Origin: Patescibacteria group bacterium
Lineage (GTDB): Bacteria > Patescibacteriota > Microgenomatia > UBA12405
DNA length: 64,000 nt
Assembly: GCA_023380755.1 (NCBI GenBank)
Contig: JAMCSD010000006.1
Location: 39,841 to 103,840 of the forward strand
Direction: 5' to 3'
This document shows, in pieces, positions 34,028 through 43,185 of the stretch. The notes beneath the pieces were generated by a model. The model searched no databases, had not been told where the DNA came from, and worked only from the letters and a program-made list of their open reading frames with translations. How positions within the stretch are numbered: position 1 is the stretch's first letter; each line of letters opens with the position of its first letter. A program made the translations under genes and the position numbers.

Positions 34028-34303
34028 ATGATGTTTTATACCTATATTCTCCAAAGTTCAAAATCTCACCATTTTTATTACGGTCACACCAAAGACTTAA
34101 AATCACGTTTTACGCTTCATAATTCCGGACAAGTACCATCAACTAAACCATATTTGCCATGGAAACTCGTTTGGTACTGTGCCTTTGAAACATTAAACCA
34201 AGCAAAAGATTTTGAACTTTATCTAAAAAGTGGTTCCGGCAAAGCCTTTGCCTTCAAAAGGTTAATTTCTGTAGCTTTGGCGAAAAATGCTAAACTCAAG
34301 TAA
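34028..34303 (+). CDS. GIY-YIG nuclease superfamily small protein
   Basis: 91 aa; FYTYILQS...FYYGHTKDLKSRFTLHNSG...PWKLVWY..F (GIY ... YIG ... R ... N pattern). Confidence 0.75.
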   Translation: MMFYTYILQSSKSHHFYYGHTKDLKSRFTLHNSGQVPSTKPYLPWKLVWYCAFETLNQAKDFELYLKSGSGKAFAFKRLISVALAKNAKLK

Positions 34304-34336
34304 TCCCAGGTGATCCGTAGCCGAAGGCGAAGGACA

Positions 34337-34351
34337 CCACGCAGGGGAGCA
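34337..34351 (+). repeat. degenerate copy of the tRNA-Asn 3' end (candidate attR-side scar)
   Basis: ccacgcAggggagc-a versus the tRNA ccacgcGggggagcCa (16157-16171). Confidence 0.4.
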
Positions 34352-34378
34352 TATTAAAAATAGGAGAAACAGAGACTT

Positions 34379-35095
34379 TTAAAACCTCCAAGGTTCCATC
34401 ACTTTTTCTTTATCAAAGCCTAGATCCAACATTATTTTCTGGCAATCGTTTTGAATTTCCAAAAGTAAGGTAATTATCTCATCAGATGACGTTTTCAGGT
34501 TTAATAGGGCAAGCTCATTAATCTTTTCTACGTCAAATAGCTTCTCTTTTTCAATCATATACCATCTCCATTTTTGTGGTGGTATGGTCTTGTTTTGATA
34601 TAAGTAAATAAACTTACTTAATGAATCTAAAATATTTGACAAAACAATATGTCCACCGATAATTTGCTTTCTTTTCAAACACTTTTCTAGATCGTAATGT
34701 AAATACAATTTTGAATAATTATTCCAAAGTAAACCAGTCTTATCGATTCCTTCTAAATTATTTCTTGCCTTTTCTAATAACTTCCTGCATTCATTTTTCG
34801 GATCGTAAATGATGATTGCTTTCTCAATAATCCAAGCTTGTTCCGAGTCTAATGTTAGGTTATTAAACAACCAATCCGACATCATTTCATCAACCTCTAT
34901 CTTCAAATTTGAAACCTTATACTGTTTCATAGGTTGGCTTTTGTGGTCTTTGTCAACAAGGATTCGGATATCAATATCTGTAAATCCATCTTTAATTCCA
35001 AAGCTCGAAGAACCAATCCATAGTATTCCAACTAAATCCGGATAATTGCAGTATTTAACCGACTCATTTCTGGCAATTTCTTCATATGTATACAT
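34379..35095 (-). CDS. nucleotidyltransferase-domain protein (Pol-beta/KNTase-like fold)
   Basis: 238 aa; VGILWIGSSSFGIKDGFTDIDIRILV (G-S ... D-x-D NTase signature); AT-rich. Confidence 0.55.
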   Translation of the reverse strand: MYTYEEIARNESVKYCNYPDLVGILWIGSSSFGIKDGFTDIDIRILVDKDHKSQPMKQYKVSNLKIEVDEMMSDWLFNNLTLDSEQAWIIEKAIIIYDPKNECRKLLEKARNNLEGIDKTGLLWNNYSKLYLHYDLEKCLKRKQIIGGHIVLSNILDSLSKFIYLYQNKTIPPQKWRWYMIEKEKLFDVEKINELALLNLKTSSDEIITLLLEIQNDCQKIMLDLGFDKEKVMEPWRF

Positions 35096-35274
35096 ACCTA
35101 GGATAATACAGCGTTTTAATTTCTTTGGAAGTTAACAGTATAAACCATAGAAAAAACCTTATTATATTTTTTCCTGATGTTTTCCATCTCCGAGTGCAAA
35201 AATATTGATCCCCAAAATTTTCTTTATGATCCATTACGCCGGTACGAATCCCTCTTTTGCTATAATTCCTTTCA

Positions 35275-35955
35275 ATGATTGATCAGGAATTACAGGAGTT
35301 TAAGCAAAAACTAGTAAAGCAAAATAAGCCAGGTTTAGTCTTGGATATTGATGAAACTTTATCGTGGACCGTCTCTTATTGGGTAGAACAATTACAACAA
35401 CGCTTTGGCAATCCCGAGAATTTGTCGATTATCGAAATCATCGCCAAGTACAAATACGCCCAGAATGTGCCTTATTGGCAGTCAAAAGAAGCCCAAGATT
35501 GGATGGAAGCGGCTCGGGAAAGTAATGCTTTCCAGGAGAATCTACCCCTTATTGAAAATTCAAATAATATTGTTGAACGTATTAATAAAATTGTTCCCAT
35601 TGTTGGTTACTTAACCATTCGGCCTCGCAAGGTTATCCCCGGAACACAACGATGGTTACAAAAACACCGCTTTCCTCAAGTTGATATTTTAGCCCGACCC
35701 AACACCATCCCCAGCGCTGATGGCAACAAATGGAAAGCCGCAGTCCTTAATTTCCTTTACCCGCAAATAATCGGCATCATCGACGACAACCCCGCCGTTG
35801 TCAGCCTCTTGCCCCCGGATTACGCCGGCCGAATTTATCTTTACGACAGCGATGTTGCCCCCGCAGGGAAAATAACAGTTTTCCCCTGCAAAACCTGGTC
35901 CGACGTTTACACCCAAGTTAAACAGTCTTTCCTGGCGAAACAACAGAACCCTTAA
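35275..35955 (+). CDS. HAD-superfamily hydrolase-like protein
   Basis: LVLDIDETLSW (DxDxT motif I) and a late GIIDDNP (motif IV-like). Confidence 0.5.
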   Translation: MIDQELQEFKQKLVKQNKPGLVLDIDETLSWTVSYWVEQLQQRFGNPENLSIIEIIAKYKYAQNVPYWQSKEAQDWMEAARESNAFQENLPLIENSNNIVERINKIVPIVGYLTIRPRKVIPGTQRWLQKHRFPQVDILARPNTIPSADGNKWKAAVLNFLYPQIIGIIDDNPAVVSLLPPDYAGRIYLYDSDVAPAGKITVFPCKTWSDVYTQVKQSFLAKQQNP

Positions 35956-36246
35956 GTCTAAAATCTTTCCACTCTTCGAGCAAAACGGAACTAGAGTGTG
36001 TGTATTTCATACCTCGCAGAATTAGATTGATCGTGAATTCCGGGTCTCCAAACTCCCAGAACACCCGAAGCTAAAATGGAAAAGACGGTGAGCATCAAGA
36101 CAGATAATATGACCTTAGAACGAGGCATGGGCGAGAAAGGGGCAGTTGTTATTTTTGACCTGAATAAATATTGGAATATCCGAACGAAAGAGCTGGTTGT
36201 TCCTCTCCCTTTGCAATAAGACGAGATCAACAATATCAAACGCACC

Positions 36247-37122
36247 ATGATAGCATTAAATATGGATAAAAATAAATTTGCGTTTTTATTGTTAACCGTT
36301 TTTTTCTTGGCCTCTCCAAACATCTCTTTTGCTTATAACTTAAGCTTGGATGTCAACCAACTCGGAAAAGTAACTTATTCCTACCCCACCGTTTTGGGTG
36401 ATGAAGACAAACCGGAAGATCTTAAGCCGGAAAATAACACAGAACAACAAAAACCGGAAAGAAAAGAAACTCCCCAGATCGAGAAACCGGAAACAGTAGA
36501 GATTAAAGAAGCAGAAAATAAAATCAAGGTTGAACTAAGAGATCAGAACCATGTCGAACAACAGTTAAGTCCGGAAAATATTAATTTACAATTTTCTTCT
36601 GTTCCCAATACCGCCCCAACCCAGGAACTGGAAGTGAAAGATATTGGTAATAGTCGGGTTGGTGATACCAAGGAAGTCCTTCAAGAGCGGACCCTACGTA
36701 AAGACGAGAAAGTCAAAATTCAAAGCGAAACCCACAATGATGGCACCATTGAAACACAATTAGAATCAAGGGATGTTAATGCAAAAATTAAAAATAATGA
36801 AATTGAATTAAATATAAAAAACAACAACATCGGTATTACTGATAACCAGGGTAAAGAGATCAATTTAGTCCATCTTCCTGACCAGGCTGTTCAAAAATTT
36901 AGTGACTTAGGCGTCACTACCAACCCGGATACGTTGGAAGTTGGCCTGTCCGGCAATAATTTTGAATATACTGTTACGGCTACCAAAATGCAAAAACTTT
37001 TCGGGATCTTCCCTCGGTTGATAAATTTACAGTTGAGCCTCAATGATAGTAATGGTAATATCGTGCAGCAAAAAGTGGCTAAAAACCTAGAAGAACAAAT
37101 ATTAAATATATTTTCTTTTTAA
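36247..37122 (+). CDS. secreted hypothetical protein with a Glu/Lys-rich low-complexity N-region
   Basis: Signal-like FAFLLLTVFFLASPNISFA; the start may be at 36262. Confidence 0.5.
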   Translation: MIALNMDKNKFAFLLLTVFFLASPNISFAYNLSLDVNQLGKVTYSYPTVLGDEDKPEDLKPENNTEQQKPERKETPQIEKPETVEIKEAENKIKVELRDQNHVEQQLSPENINLQFSSVPNTAPTQELEVKDIGNSRVGDTKEVLQERTLRKDEKVKIQSETHNDGTIETQLESRDVNAKIKNNEIELNIKNNNIGITDNQGKEINLVHLPDQAVQKFSDLGVTTNPDTLEVGLSGNNFEYTVTATKMQKLFGIFPRLINLQLSLNDSNGNIVQQKVAKNLEEQILNIFSF

Positions 37123-37242
37123 TGTCCTCTAATTTTATATATAAACCTTAAAAATATCACCCAAAAAAAGGCATAAAGATTTTTGACATCTCTCCTCAGG
37201 TTAACTATCCTTAAACTAGCACGGTTAGTTGTTAATTTGCAG

Positions 37243-38535
37243 ATGAAAAAAATATTACCCGTCTTGCTTCTTCCTTTATTGGCGTTAGTTATTCGGTTTC
37301 CGGTTTTAGCCGATTCCCTGTCAGTTAATTTTGAGCCACCGACATATACAACCGGTTCAGTTAATGGTCAAGATGGTTGGACCAGTTTAGGTTCCGTCGG
37401 CTCCGGGTGTGCTGTTTATGATCATGCGGTCGATAGTAGTTTGAGTACTGTCGGTTTTCAGACCCAATCCTTACGGATTTCTAATGCCGTTACCAGTGGC
37501 TGCTTTGGCGATCAAACCTTTGCTAAACCATTATTAAATGCTGTGGGAGAGTCATCCGCAACGGCTGGTAGTTTTTCCGTGGGTACCCTCCAAAATCATT
37601 TTGAAATGGCATTTGATTTAGCCTCCGCGGTTCCCGATGCCCAGCAAACCGGTCTCCATGCTTCGTTATCTCCCGACCGTGGTGACGGCTCCCGTATGAG
37701 CTACCTGCGGTTTGAAGACAATGCCGGAGGTATTGATGTTTTCTTCGATGATGTACAAGGTACCGCTAATCCCGCTAATTTTGTCGAAACAAATATCGCT
37801 ACCCTCGATCGTTCGGTCCCTCACCATTTTCAATTAACTATGGACACACTGGACGGCCCGTCCAATGATGTGGTTAAGGTGTGGATTGACGGTATACTCA
37901 AAATTACTGGTACAAGTTGGGAAAATTATTATCGATACGACAGTGAAGCTGCTTCTGAACAGTCACCACGGATTGTCAAAACTGTACTTTTTCGAACTAG
38001 TGGCGATGCTGCTCCAGCAACCTCTGGTCACGGATTTCTGTTCGACAATCTGAGTCTTACCTCGGAAACGCCCACGCCTGTTTCTGTTCCGATAATAACT
38101 TTTCCGGTTAACGGTACAACGCTCACCACTGCTGCCTTAACCAAAGTTGATTGGACTGATTCGACCGGTACCTTTTCACCGTTTACTTATCAGTATGAAG
38201 CTTATTCCGATTCAACTTATACCAATCTCGTTTATCAAAGTGGTTGGCTAACCAGCTCGGAAATTCCTACACCCGGTACTCCCGAAGGTACCTATTATGT
38301 CCGGGTCAGAGCTCAGGATGCTGAAAACAACTTCAGTGACTGGAGTAACGGTTCTGGCAGTCCTTATTATTTTGTCGTCAGCAATATTGCTCCTCCGGTC
38401 GGTCCACCCACCGGTATGGATCAGTGCAAAAACAGTGGCTGGCAAAGCTTTAATAACCCGACCTTCAAAAACCAGGGTGACTGTGTTAGCTATGTCCAAA
38501 GCAGCCCCAAGGCTTCAGGTAATAAGAATAAGTAA
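37243..38535 (+). CDS. secreted protein with a C-terminal fibronectin-III-like domain
   Basis: Signal peptide MKKILPVLLLPLLALVIRFPVLA at internal ATG 37243. The C-terminal ...TYYVRVRAQDAENNFSDWSN is an FN3-like strand pattern. Confidence 0.6.
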   Translation: MKKILPVLLLPLLALVIRFPVLADSLSVNFEPPTYTTGSVNGQDGWTSLGSVGSGCAVYDHAVDSSLSTVGFQTQSLRISNAVTSGCFGDQTFAKPLLNAVGESSATAGSFSVGTLQNHFEMAFDLASAVPDAQQTGLHASLSPDRGDGSRMSYLRFEDNAGGIDVFFDDVQGTANPANFVETNIATLDRSVPHHFQLTMDTLDGPSNDVVKVWIDGILKITGTSWENYYRYDSEAASEQSPRIVKTVLFRTSGDAAPATSGHGFLFDNLSLTSETPTPVSVPIITFPVNGTTLTTAALTKVDWTDSTGTFSPFTYQYEAYSDSTYTNLVYQSGWLTSSEIPTPGTPEGTYYVRVRAQDAENNFSDWSNGSGSPYYFVVSNIAPPVGPPTGMDQCKNSGWQSFNNPTFKNQGDCVSYVQSSPKASGNKNK

Positions 38536-38555
38536 TTTTTGTTCGAGGAGTTATC

Positions 38556-38587
38556 ACAGCCCATCGCCATTGATGGGCTGTTTGGTT
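38556..38587 (+). terminator. rho-independent terminator
   Basis: 10-bp stem acagcccatc/gatgggctgt with a 6-nt loop, followed by tttggtt. Confidence 0.55.
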
Positions 38588-38683
38588 AACAAGCTGCTTA
38601 TCAAAAGCCCCCTACTGTTGACTCTTTATCCCAAAGGTTCTACAATTCCATCAATCAGTGTAAGTTACCGAGAATATTTATCT

Positions 38684-39493
38684 ATGAGAGAAATACTTCG
38701 GTCTTTTGATAACGCTCTAGTTGACTTTCGGTGGACCTGGCTCCGGCCTCTTCAGGAATACAGCCTCAGAAAAAAATGTGTCGCTGAAATCTTAACTGCG
38801 GCCAAAAACGCCGATATCCATTTAAACAGTACCTGCCTCTCCGCCAGCCGGCGTCCCCGGACTAAGACAGATAATTCTGCGGTCTGGATGTTGGCCCAAT
38901 TAAAAGAGAGGGGAGGTGACTACACCCCCACCTTTTTTGTTGATAACGGTTCACAACCCACCCCGGCTGATTTTTATAACTGGAATTATGCCCGTATTGG
39001 CGGCATTACCAATGAACAGTACCCCCGTGAATCCGGCGACTATCAACAGATCCGAAGGGGAATTGAACATACTATCCATCCGGAATTCGAAGAGGCTTAT
39101 CGTGACTGTCAACGGCGCTATCAGGAAGACCTGGCCCAATGGCACCATGATTATCAGGCCTGGGCAGAAAAGCCCAGCGCCTATTGGGAAGCTCTCGCTC
39201 GATCACAAACCCACGAATGTCCCACCTGTTACGGTCAGGGTACCCATGGTACCGGCCAGTCAGGCATTGGTGACGTTTATTGTGAAGAGTGCGGTGGCGG
39301 CGGCTTCAGTGGCCCCAGTCCCGAAAAAATTAGAGGTTCTGCCGAACCTTCCCAACCCGCCGACTGCGCTCCAAGTATCCGCCGCCGGGAGGAGGAACGG
39401 ATAAATCAGGAGCTGAAACGGCGTGGCCTTCGTCCTCCGCGCCCGGAATTTCCTGCTTATGTTCGTTTTGCCTCGGGAGAGGGGATTAAATAA
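38684..39493 (+). CDS. hypothetical protein with a DnaJ-type CxxCxGxG zinc-finger pair
   Basis: The start is chosen at ATG 38684 (MREILRSF), because the track ORF (38297) overlaps the upstream gene and the terminator. Motifs are CPTCYGQGTHG and CEECGGGGF. Confidence 0.5.
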   Translation: MREILRSFDNALVDFRWTWLRPLQEYSLRKKCVAEILTAAKNADIHLNSTCLSASRRPRTKTDNSAVWMLAQLKERGGDYTPTFFVDNGSQPTPADFYNWNYARIGGITNEQYPRESGDYQQIRRGIEHTIHPEFEEAYRDCQRRYQEDLAQWHHDYQAWAEKPSAYWEALARSQTHECPTCYGQGTHGTGQSGIGDVYCEECGGGGFSGPSPEKIRGSAEPSQPADCAPSIRRREEERINQELKRRGLRPPRPEFPAYVRFASGEGIK

Positions 39494-39542
39494 ATCTACC
39501 CAATATATTTATAAAGATCCGATAGTAAGGTAAATAAAAAAT

Positions 39543-39571
39543 TTGACAACCACCACTGCTCTACCTATAAA
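39543..39571 (+). promoter_or_regulatory. sigma-70-like promoter upstream of the P-type ATPase
   Basis: TTGACA (39543-39548), 17-nt spacer, TATAAA (39566-39571); this would give a leader of about 140 nt. Confidence 0.4.
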
Positions 39572-39715
39572 GTATTTATCAGAGTTATCACTTTAAGTAT
39601 AAATAAGTCTTCTCCTAACTGTGGTTGTCATGGGCGTTGGCATCGGTTTCCGCTTTGATCTTTAGTAAAAAGAATAATACTACTTCAATTAATCCGTGTT
39701 TATAATTAGAAGTAA

Positions 39716-42067
39716 ATGGTTCCCGGTTTATCTTCAACTCAAGCCCAATTACTGCTCCAAAAAAATGGCCGGAATGAAATTCCCGAGAAACAACCGAGTT
39801 TATTTCAAAAAGTAACCAAAAATCTACTTTCTCCGATTGCCCTGATGCTCTTTTTGGCTTCTATTTTGTCCTTTATTCTGGGCAAAAATTTTGATGGTTA
39901 CTTTATCCTTTTCCTTCTGATCATCAATATCGCCATTACCCTGTGGCAGGAAAATAAAGCCGATAACGCCATTAAAAAACTAAATCAGCGTCTAGAACAA
40001 AAGATTAAGGTTTGGCGTGACCAAAAATGGCAATACCTTAATGCCCGTTCCCTCGTAGTCGGCGACGTTATCCAGCTGGCCTCCGGCGAGATTATCCCTG
40101 CTGACGGCCAAATTCTTGAAGCCCACCACCTCTCTGTTAACGAATCAGCTCTGACAGGGGAGTCGCTCCCTAAAGATAAGAAAGAAAATGATGATTTGTT
40201 TTCCGGCGCCTACATTGCCAGCGGTGTTGGCCTTATCAAAATTACGGCTACCGGTGTTCACACCCGTTTTGGCCAAACTCTTTTTTCCGTTGACAAGGTT
40301 AGTAAACAATCCCTTTTGGAGAAGGACATTATTAACATTTCCCAATTCTTAACCCTCTTAAGTTTATTAGCCGTTGTTCTCCTTACTACTGTCTTTATTA
40401 TTAAAAAAGCCTCGATCCTGGAACTACTTACGTTGGATCTTAGTCTGATTATCGCCGGCGTTCCCGTCAGTCTTCCGACGGTAATGACTCTGATCATTGA
40501 ATTTGGTGTCATTAACTTGTCACAAAAAAATGTTATTGTACGCCGGCTCTCCGCTTTGCAGGATTTAGCTAATGTCAACTTTCTTCTTACCGATAAAACT
40601 GGTACTTTAACCAAAAATCAAATTAGCATTCAAGATATCTATGCTTATGATGGCTTTACCCACAACGATGTTATTGCCTATGCCGCGATCTTGGCTTCAT
40701 TTGAAAGCGATAACCCCATTGACATGGCAATTTCCGAAAAAGCCCAAGAATTGCACCTTAACCCGCCCCGCTTTACCAAAATTGATTTTATCCCTGCCGA
40801 TTCCCTCCGCAAGCGCGGCACTATTATTATTAATAAAAATCACCGGAACTTGGTTATTTCTATCGGTGCGCCTCAGGTTATCGCATCCCGCTGTCGATTA
40901 GATCAGGCCACTAGAGAAAAATTTATTCGGGAGATTGAAACTTTAGCCAAAGATGGTTATCGGACCATTGCTGTGGCTACTGTAAATGGTACCGAGGAGA
41001 AAAAAATGAAGATGGTTGGCCTTATTGCCCTCTCCGACACTCTGCGGCCCGAGGCTAAATCAGTCATCCAGTTCCTAAAAGAAAACGGTGTTGGGGTCAG
41101 TTTGGTAACTGGCGACAATAGTGCTATCGCTAAAAACGTGACCCAACAGTTGATCCTCGACGAGGGCAGCGTCATTACTAAAAACACCCTGGAAAGAATC
41201 AACTGGTCGTCAATAGATGCTCAATTTTTTTATCATACTGGAGCCTTCGCCGAAATTTTGCCCGAAGACAAGTTTAAATTAATCCAAAAGGCTAAACAAT
41301 TTTTCGTGGTTGCTGCCAATGGGGATGGCATTAATGATCTCCCGGCGGTTAAAGCTGCCAACGTCGGGATGGCTGTCAATAATGCTGTTACTGTCCTTAA
41401 ATCTACTGCCGACATCGTCCTTCTCTCCGAAGGCATCAGTGTTATTAAAGACGCCATTATCGAGAGCCGAAAAATTTTTGAAAGAATTTATATCTACTCT
41501 CTATACCGTATTTCTGAAAGTTTCCGTTTGATTATTACTATCGCTATTTTGGGAATTATATATGGTTCGTACCCTCTGACGGCATTACAAATCATTCTGA
41601 TTGCTTTATTGAACGATATTCCGATCATTTCCTTAGCTTTTGACATAGTAAAGACCACAAACCGTCCTGCCAAGATTAATGTTAAAAGCCGGTTTGTTCT
41701 TAGTTCTTTGTATGGTCTGGTTGGCGTGGCCAACAGTCTCTTGCTATTTTTTATTGCTAATAAAATTTGGCATCTCGATTGGAAAATTATTCAAACCTTG
41801 TATTTTCTAAAACTTACCGTCTCTGGTCATATGTTAATTTATGTAGCCCACACTAAGCAGCGTTGGTGGCAATTCTTCCCCAGCCGGGAAGTAGTTTGGT
41901 CGACCGTGCTGACTCAAATTGCTGCCACCATTCTTGCTTTCACCGGTTTTCTAATGCCAAGCCGGTTGTTGCTTTGGCAAATTGCTTTTGTCTGGATTTG
42001 GGCCTTCTTCTGGATGCAAATCAGTGAAATTACCAAATCATTTTCTCCCGCTCAGTCACCAAACTAA
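39716..42067 (+). CDS. cation-transporting P-type ATPase (P3/H+- or Mg2+-type by overall look)
   Basis: LTGESLP, phosphorylation site DKTGTLT and hinge GDGINDLPA; the C-terminal half is multi-TM. Confidence 0.9.
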   Translation: MVPGLSSTQAQLLLQKNGRNEIPEKQPSLFQKVTKNLLSPIALMLFLASILSFILGKNFDGYFILFLLIINIAITLWQENKADNAIKKLNQRLEQKIKVWRDQKWQYLNARSLVVGDVIQLASGEIIPADGQILEAHHLSVNESALTGESLPKDKKENDDLFSGAYIASGVGLIKITATGVHTRFGQTLFSVDKVSKQSLLEKDIINISQFLTLLSLLAVVLLTTVFIIKKASILELLTLDLSLIIAGVPVSLPTVMTLIIEFGVINLSQKNVIVRRLSALQDLANVNFLLTDKTGTLTKNQISIQDIYAYDGFTHNDVIAYAAILASFESDNPIDMAISEKAQELHLNPPRFTKIDFIPADSLRKRGTIIINKNHRNLVISIGAPQVIASRCRLDQATREKFIREIETLAKDGYRTIAVATVNGTEEKKMKMVGLIALSDTLRPEAKSVIQFLKENGVGVSLVTGDNSAIAKNVTQQLILDEGSVITKNTLERINWSSIDAQFFYHTGAFAEILPEDKFKLIQKAKQFFVVAANGDGINDLPAVKAANVGMAVNNAVTVLKSTADIVLLSEGISVIKDAIIESRKIFERIYIYSLYRISESFRLIITIAILGIIYGSYPLTALQIILIALLNDIPIISLAFDIVKTTNRPAKINVKSRFVLSSLYGLVGVANSLLLFFIANKIWHLDWKIIQTLYFLKLTVSGHMLIYVAHTKQRWWQFFPSREVVWSTVLTQIAATILAFTGFLMPSRLLLWQIAFVWIWAFFWMQISEITKSFSPAQSPN

Positions 42068-42077
42068 TCTTTCCTGA

Positions 42078-43136
42078 TTATTTCGTAAATAGTGCCTCCG
42101 CGTTTTGATAGGCATATTTTTCCTGCAAATCTTTAGGTAGTCGGCCGGTAAAAGCCCGGGCAAACTCTTCAAAGAGCCGGGAAATTTGTTCGCTGTAATG
42201 CCATCCCACAAACCGGTCAGTTCCCCACATAAATCGTGTTGGGTACTTTTCGACCAGGGGTTTCCAGATGGCTAGCTGCTCGTTGAGATTTTTATTAAAA
42301 TCCCGCTTAAAATCACTGACAAACTGCTCTTCGGTATCCGTCACCAACCCGCCCCGGTCCGCATAAAGGGTCGCCGAATCAATGGAATAATAGATGTTGG
42401 GATTATCTCCCATCAGCTTATCGAGGCCGGCCATATCACTCGCCAATTGATAGCCGTGAACCATCATTTTTACATTGGGGAACGCCTTGGCTGCCCTAGC
42501 TGTGTTTTGCAGCTCATCCATATCGGGGTGGAACATCACCGGGAGATGGTATTTATCCGCGACCTTAAAGATGGCCATCAGCTTTGGACTATCAGGTTTG
42601 TCATGAGTCGCATAAAGTGCTAGCTCGCCGAGGCCGTCAAAAATACCCGGGTTGGCTGCTAACAGGGCATCAATTTTGGCGGCATCAAAAGGTACCGGGG
42701 AGAAAAAGAGATGCATCCGGTTGCCGACCTGCTGCTTAAGGTTAGCGGCATTAACCATTTTTTTATTGTTATAAAAAAAATCCGGAAAGAACGGAAAAGT
42801 AGCCGGGCTATAAAAGGCAACCGCGCTCTCGGTTTGTTCTTCGTCGAAATGGCAAAGTATCTGCTCAATCGTCACGTCTTTTTCCATCTGAGGCATGGCC
42901 ACCCCCATCATCTTTGGTTCCGGTACATTAGGGGGGCTAGGCAGATGAAAATGATCGTCAAAGAATGGCCCCTGGTAATATGGCCCATCGTTAAACTCCG
43001 GACTAAATACCCGGCTGCATGTTTTTCGGTTTTGGAGATTTTCCGTTATCACCTTTGGAGTTTTAGAAAACACGCTAAATGCCAATCCAGCTAACAAAAC
43101 CACCGCTACCGGTATGATTACCAAAATTTTTGCCAT
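42078..43136 (-). CDS. metal-dependent amidohydrolase-like (TIM-barrel, Amidohydro_2-like) protein with an N-terminal anchor
   Basis: DDHFHLP (HxH), MFHPD, MVHGY and WGTDR motifs in the order expected for the amidohydrolase superfamily; the family assignment is soft. Confidence 0.5.
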   Translation of the reverse strand: MAKILVIIPVAVVLLAGLAFSVFSKTPKVITENLQNRKTCSRVFSPEFNDGPYYQGPFFDDHFHLPSPPNVPEPKMMGVAMPQMEKDVTIEQILCHFDEEQTESAVAFYSPATFPFFPDFFYNNKKMVNAANLKQQVGNRMHLFFSPVPFDAAKIDALLAANPGIFDGLGELALYATHDKPDSPKLMAIFKVADKYHLPVMFHPDMDELQNTARAAKAFPNVKMMVHGYQLASDMAGLDKLMGDNPNIYYSIDSATLYADRGGLVTDTEEQFVSDFKRDFNKNLNEQLAIWKPLVEKYPTRFMWGTDRFVGWHYSEQISRLFEEFARAFTGRLPKDLQEKYAYQNAEALFTK

Positions 43137-43185
43137 AATTAAGATATCCCTCTTTTATATTTCCCGTCAATATTTTCTTGAAGAT

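Larger units (their letters stand above)
16172..34351. mobile_element. integrated AT-rich genomic island at tRNA-Asn (phage-satellite/PICI-like layout); right boundary tentative
   Basis: A serine recombinase abuts the tRNA. G+C drops (hand counts 33-37% versus about 50% in flanking genes). Cargo is phage-like plus R-M. ccacgcaggggagca (34337-34351) matches the tRNA 3' end ccacgcgggggagcca (16157-16171) with one mismatch and one indel. Confidence 0.6.

Noticed and set aside
35220-35250. ccggtacgaatccctc, resembling a tRNA T-arm fragment, as an alternative right att scar.
   Set aside because: There is no stem complementarity around it and no match to the tRNA-Asn sequence beyond the generic cgaatcc.
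35991-36323. 110-aa minus-strand ORF between the HAD-like gene and the secreted-protein gene.
   Set aside because: It overlaps the start of 36247..37122 and has no motif or RBS support; it is probably non-coding.
38297-38683. N-terminal 129 codons of track ORF 38297..39493.
   Set aside because: They overlap the 3' end of 37243..38535 in another frame and run across a terminator hairpin. The start was moved to ATG 38684.
39572-39715. M-box or other Mg2+ riboswitch upstream of the P-type ATPase.
   Set aside because: I could not recognise conserved M-box elements by eye. The point is kept only as a low-interest note pending an Rfam scan.
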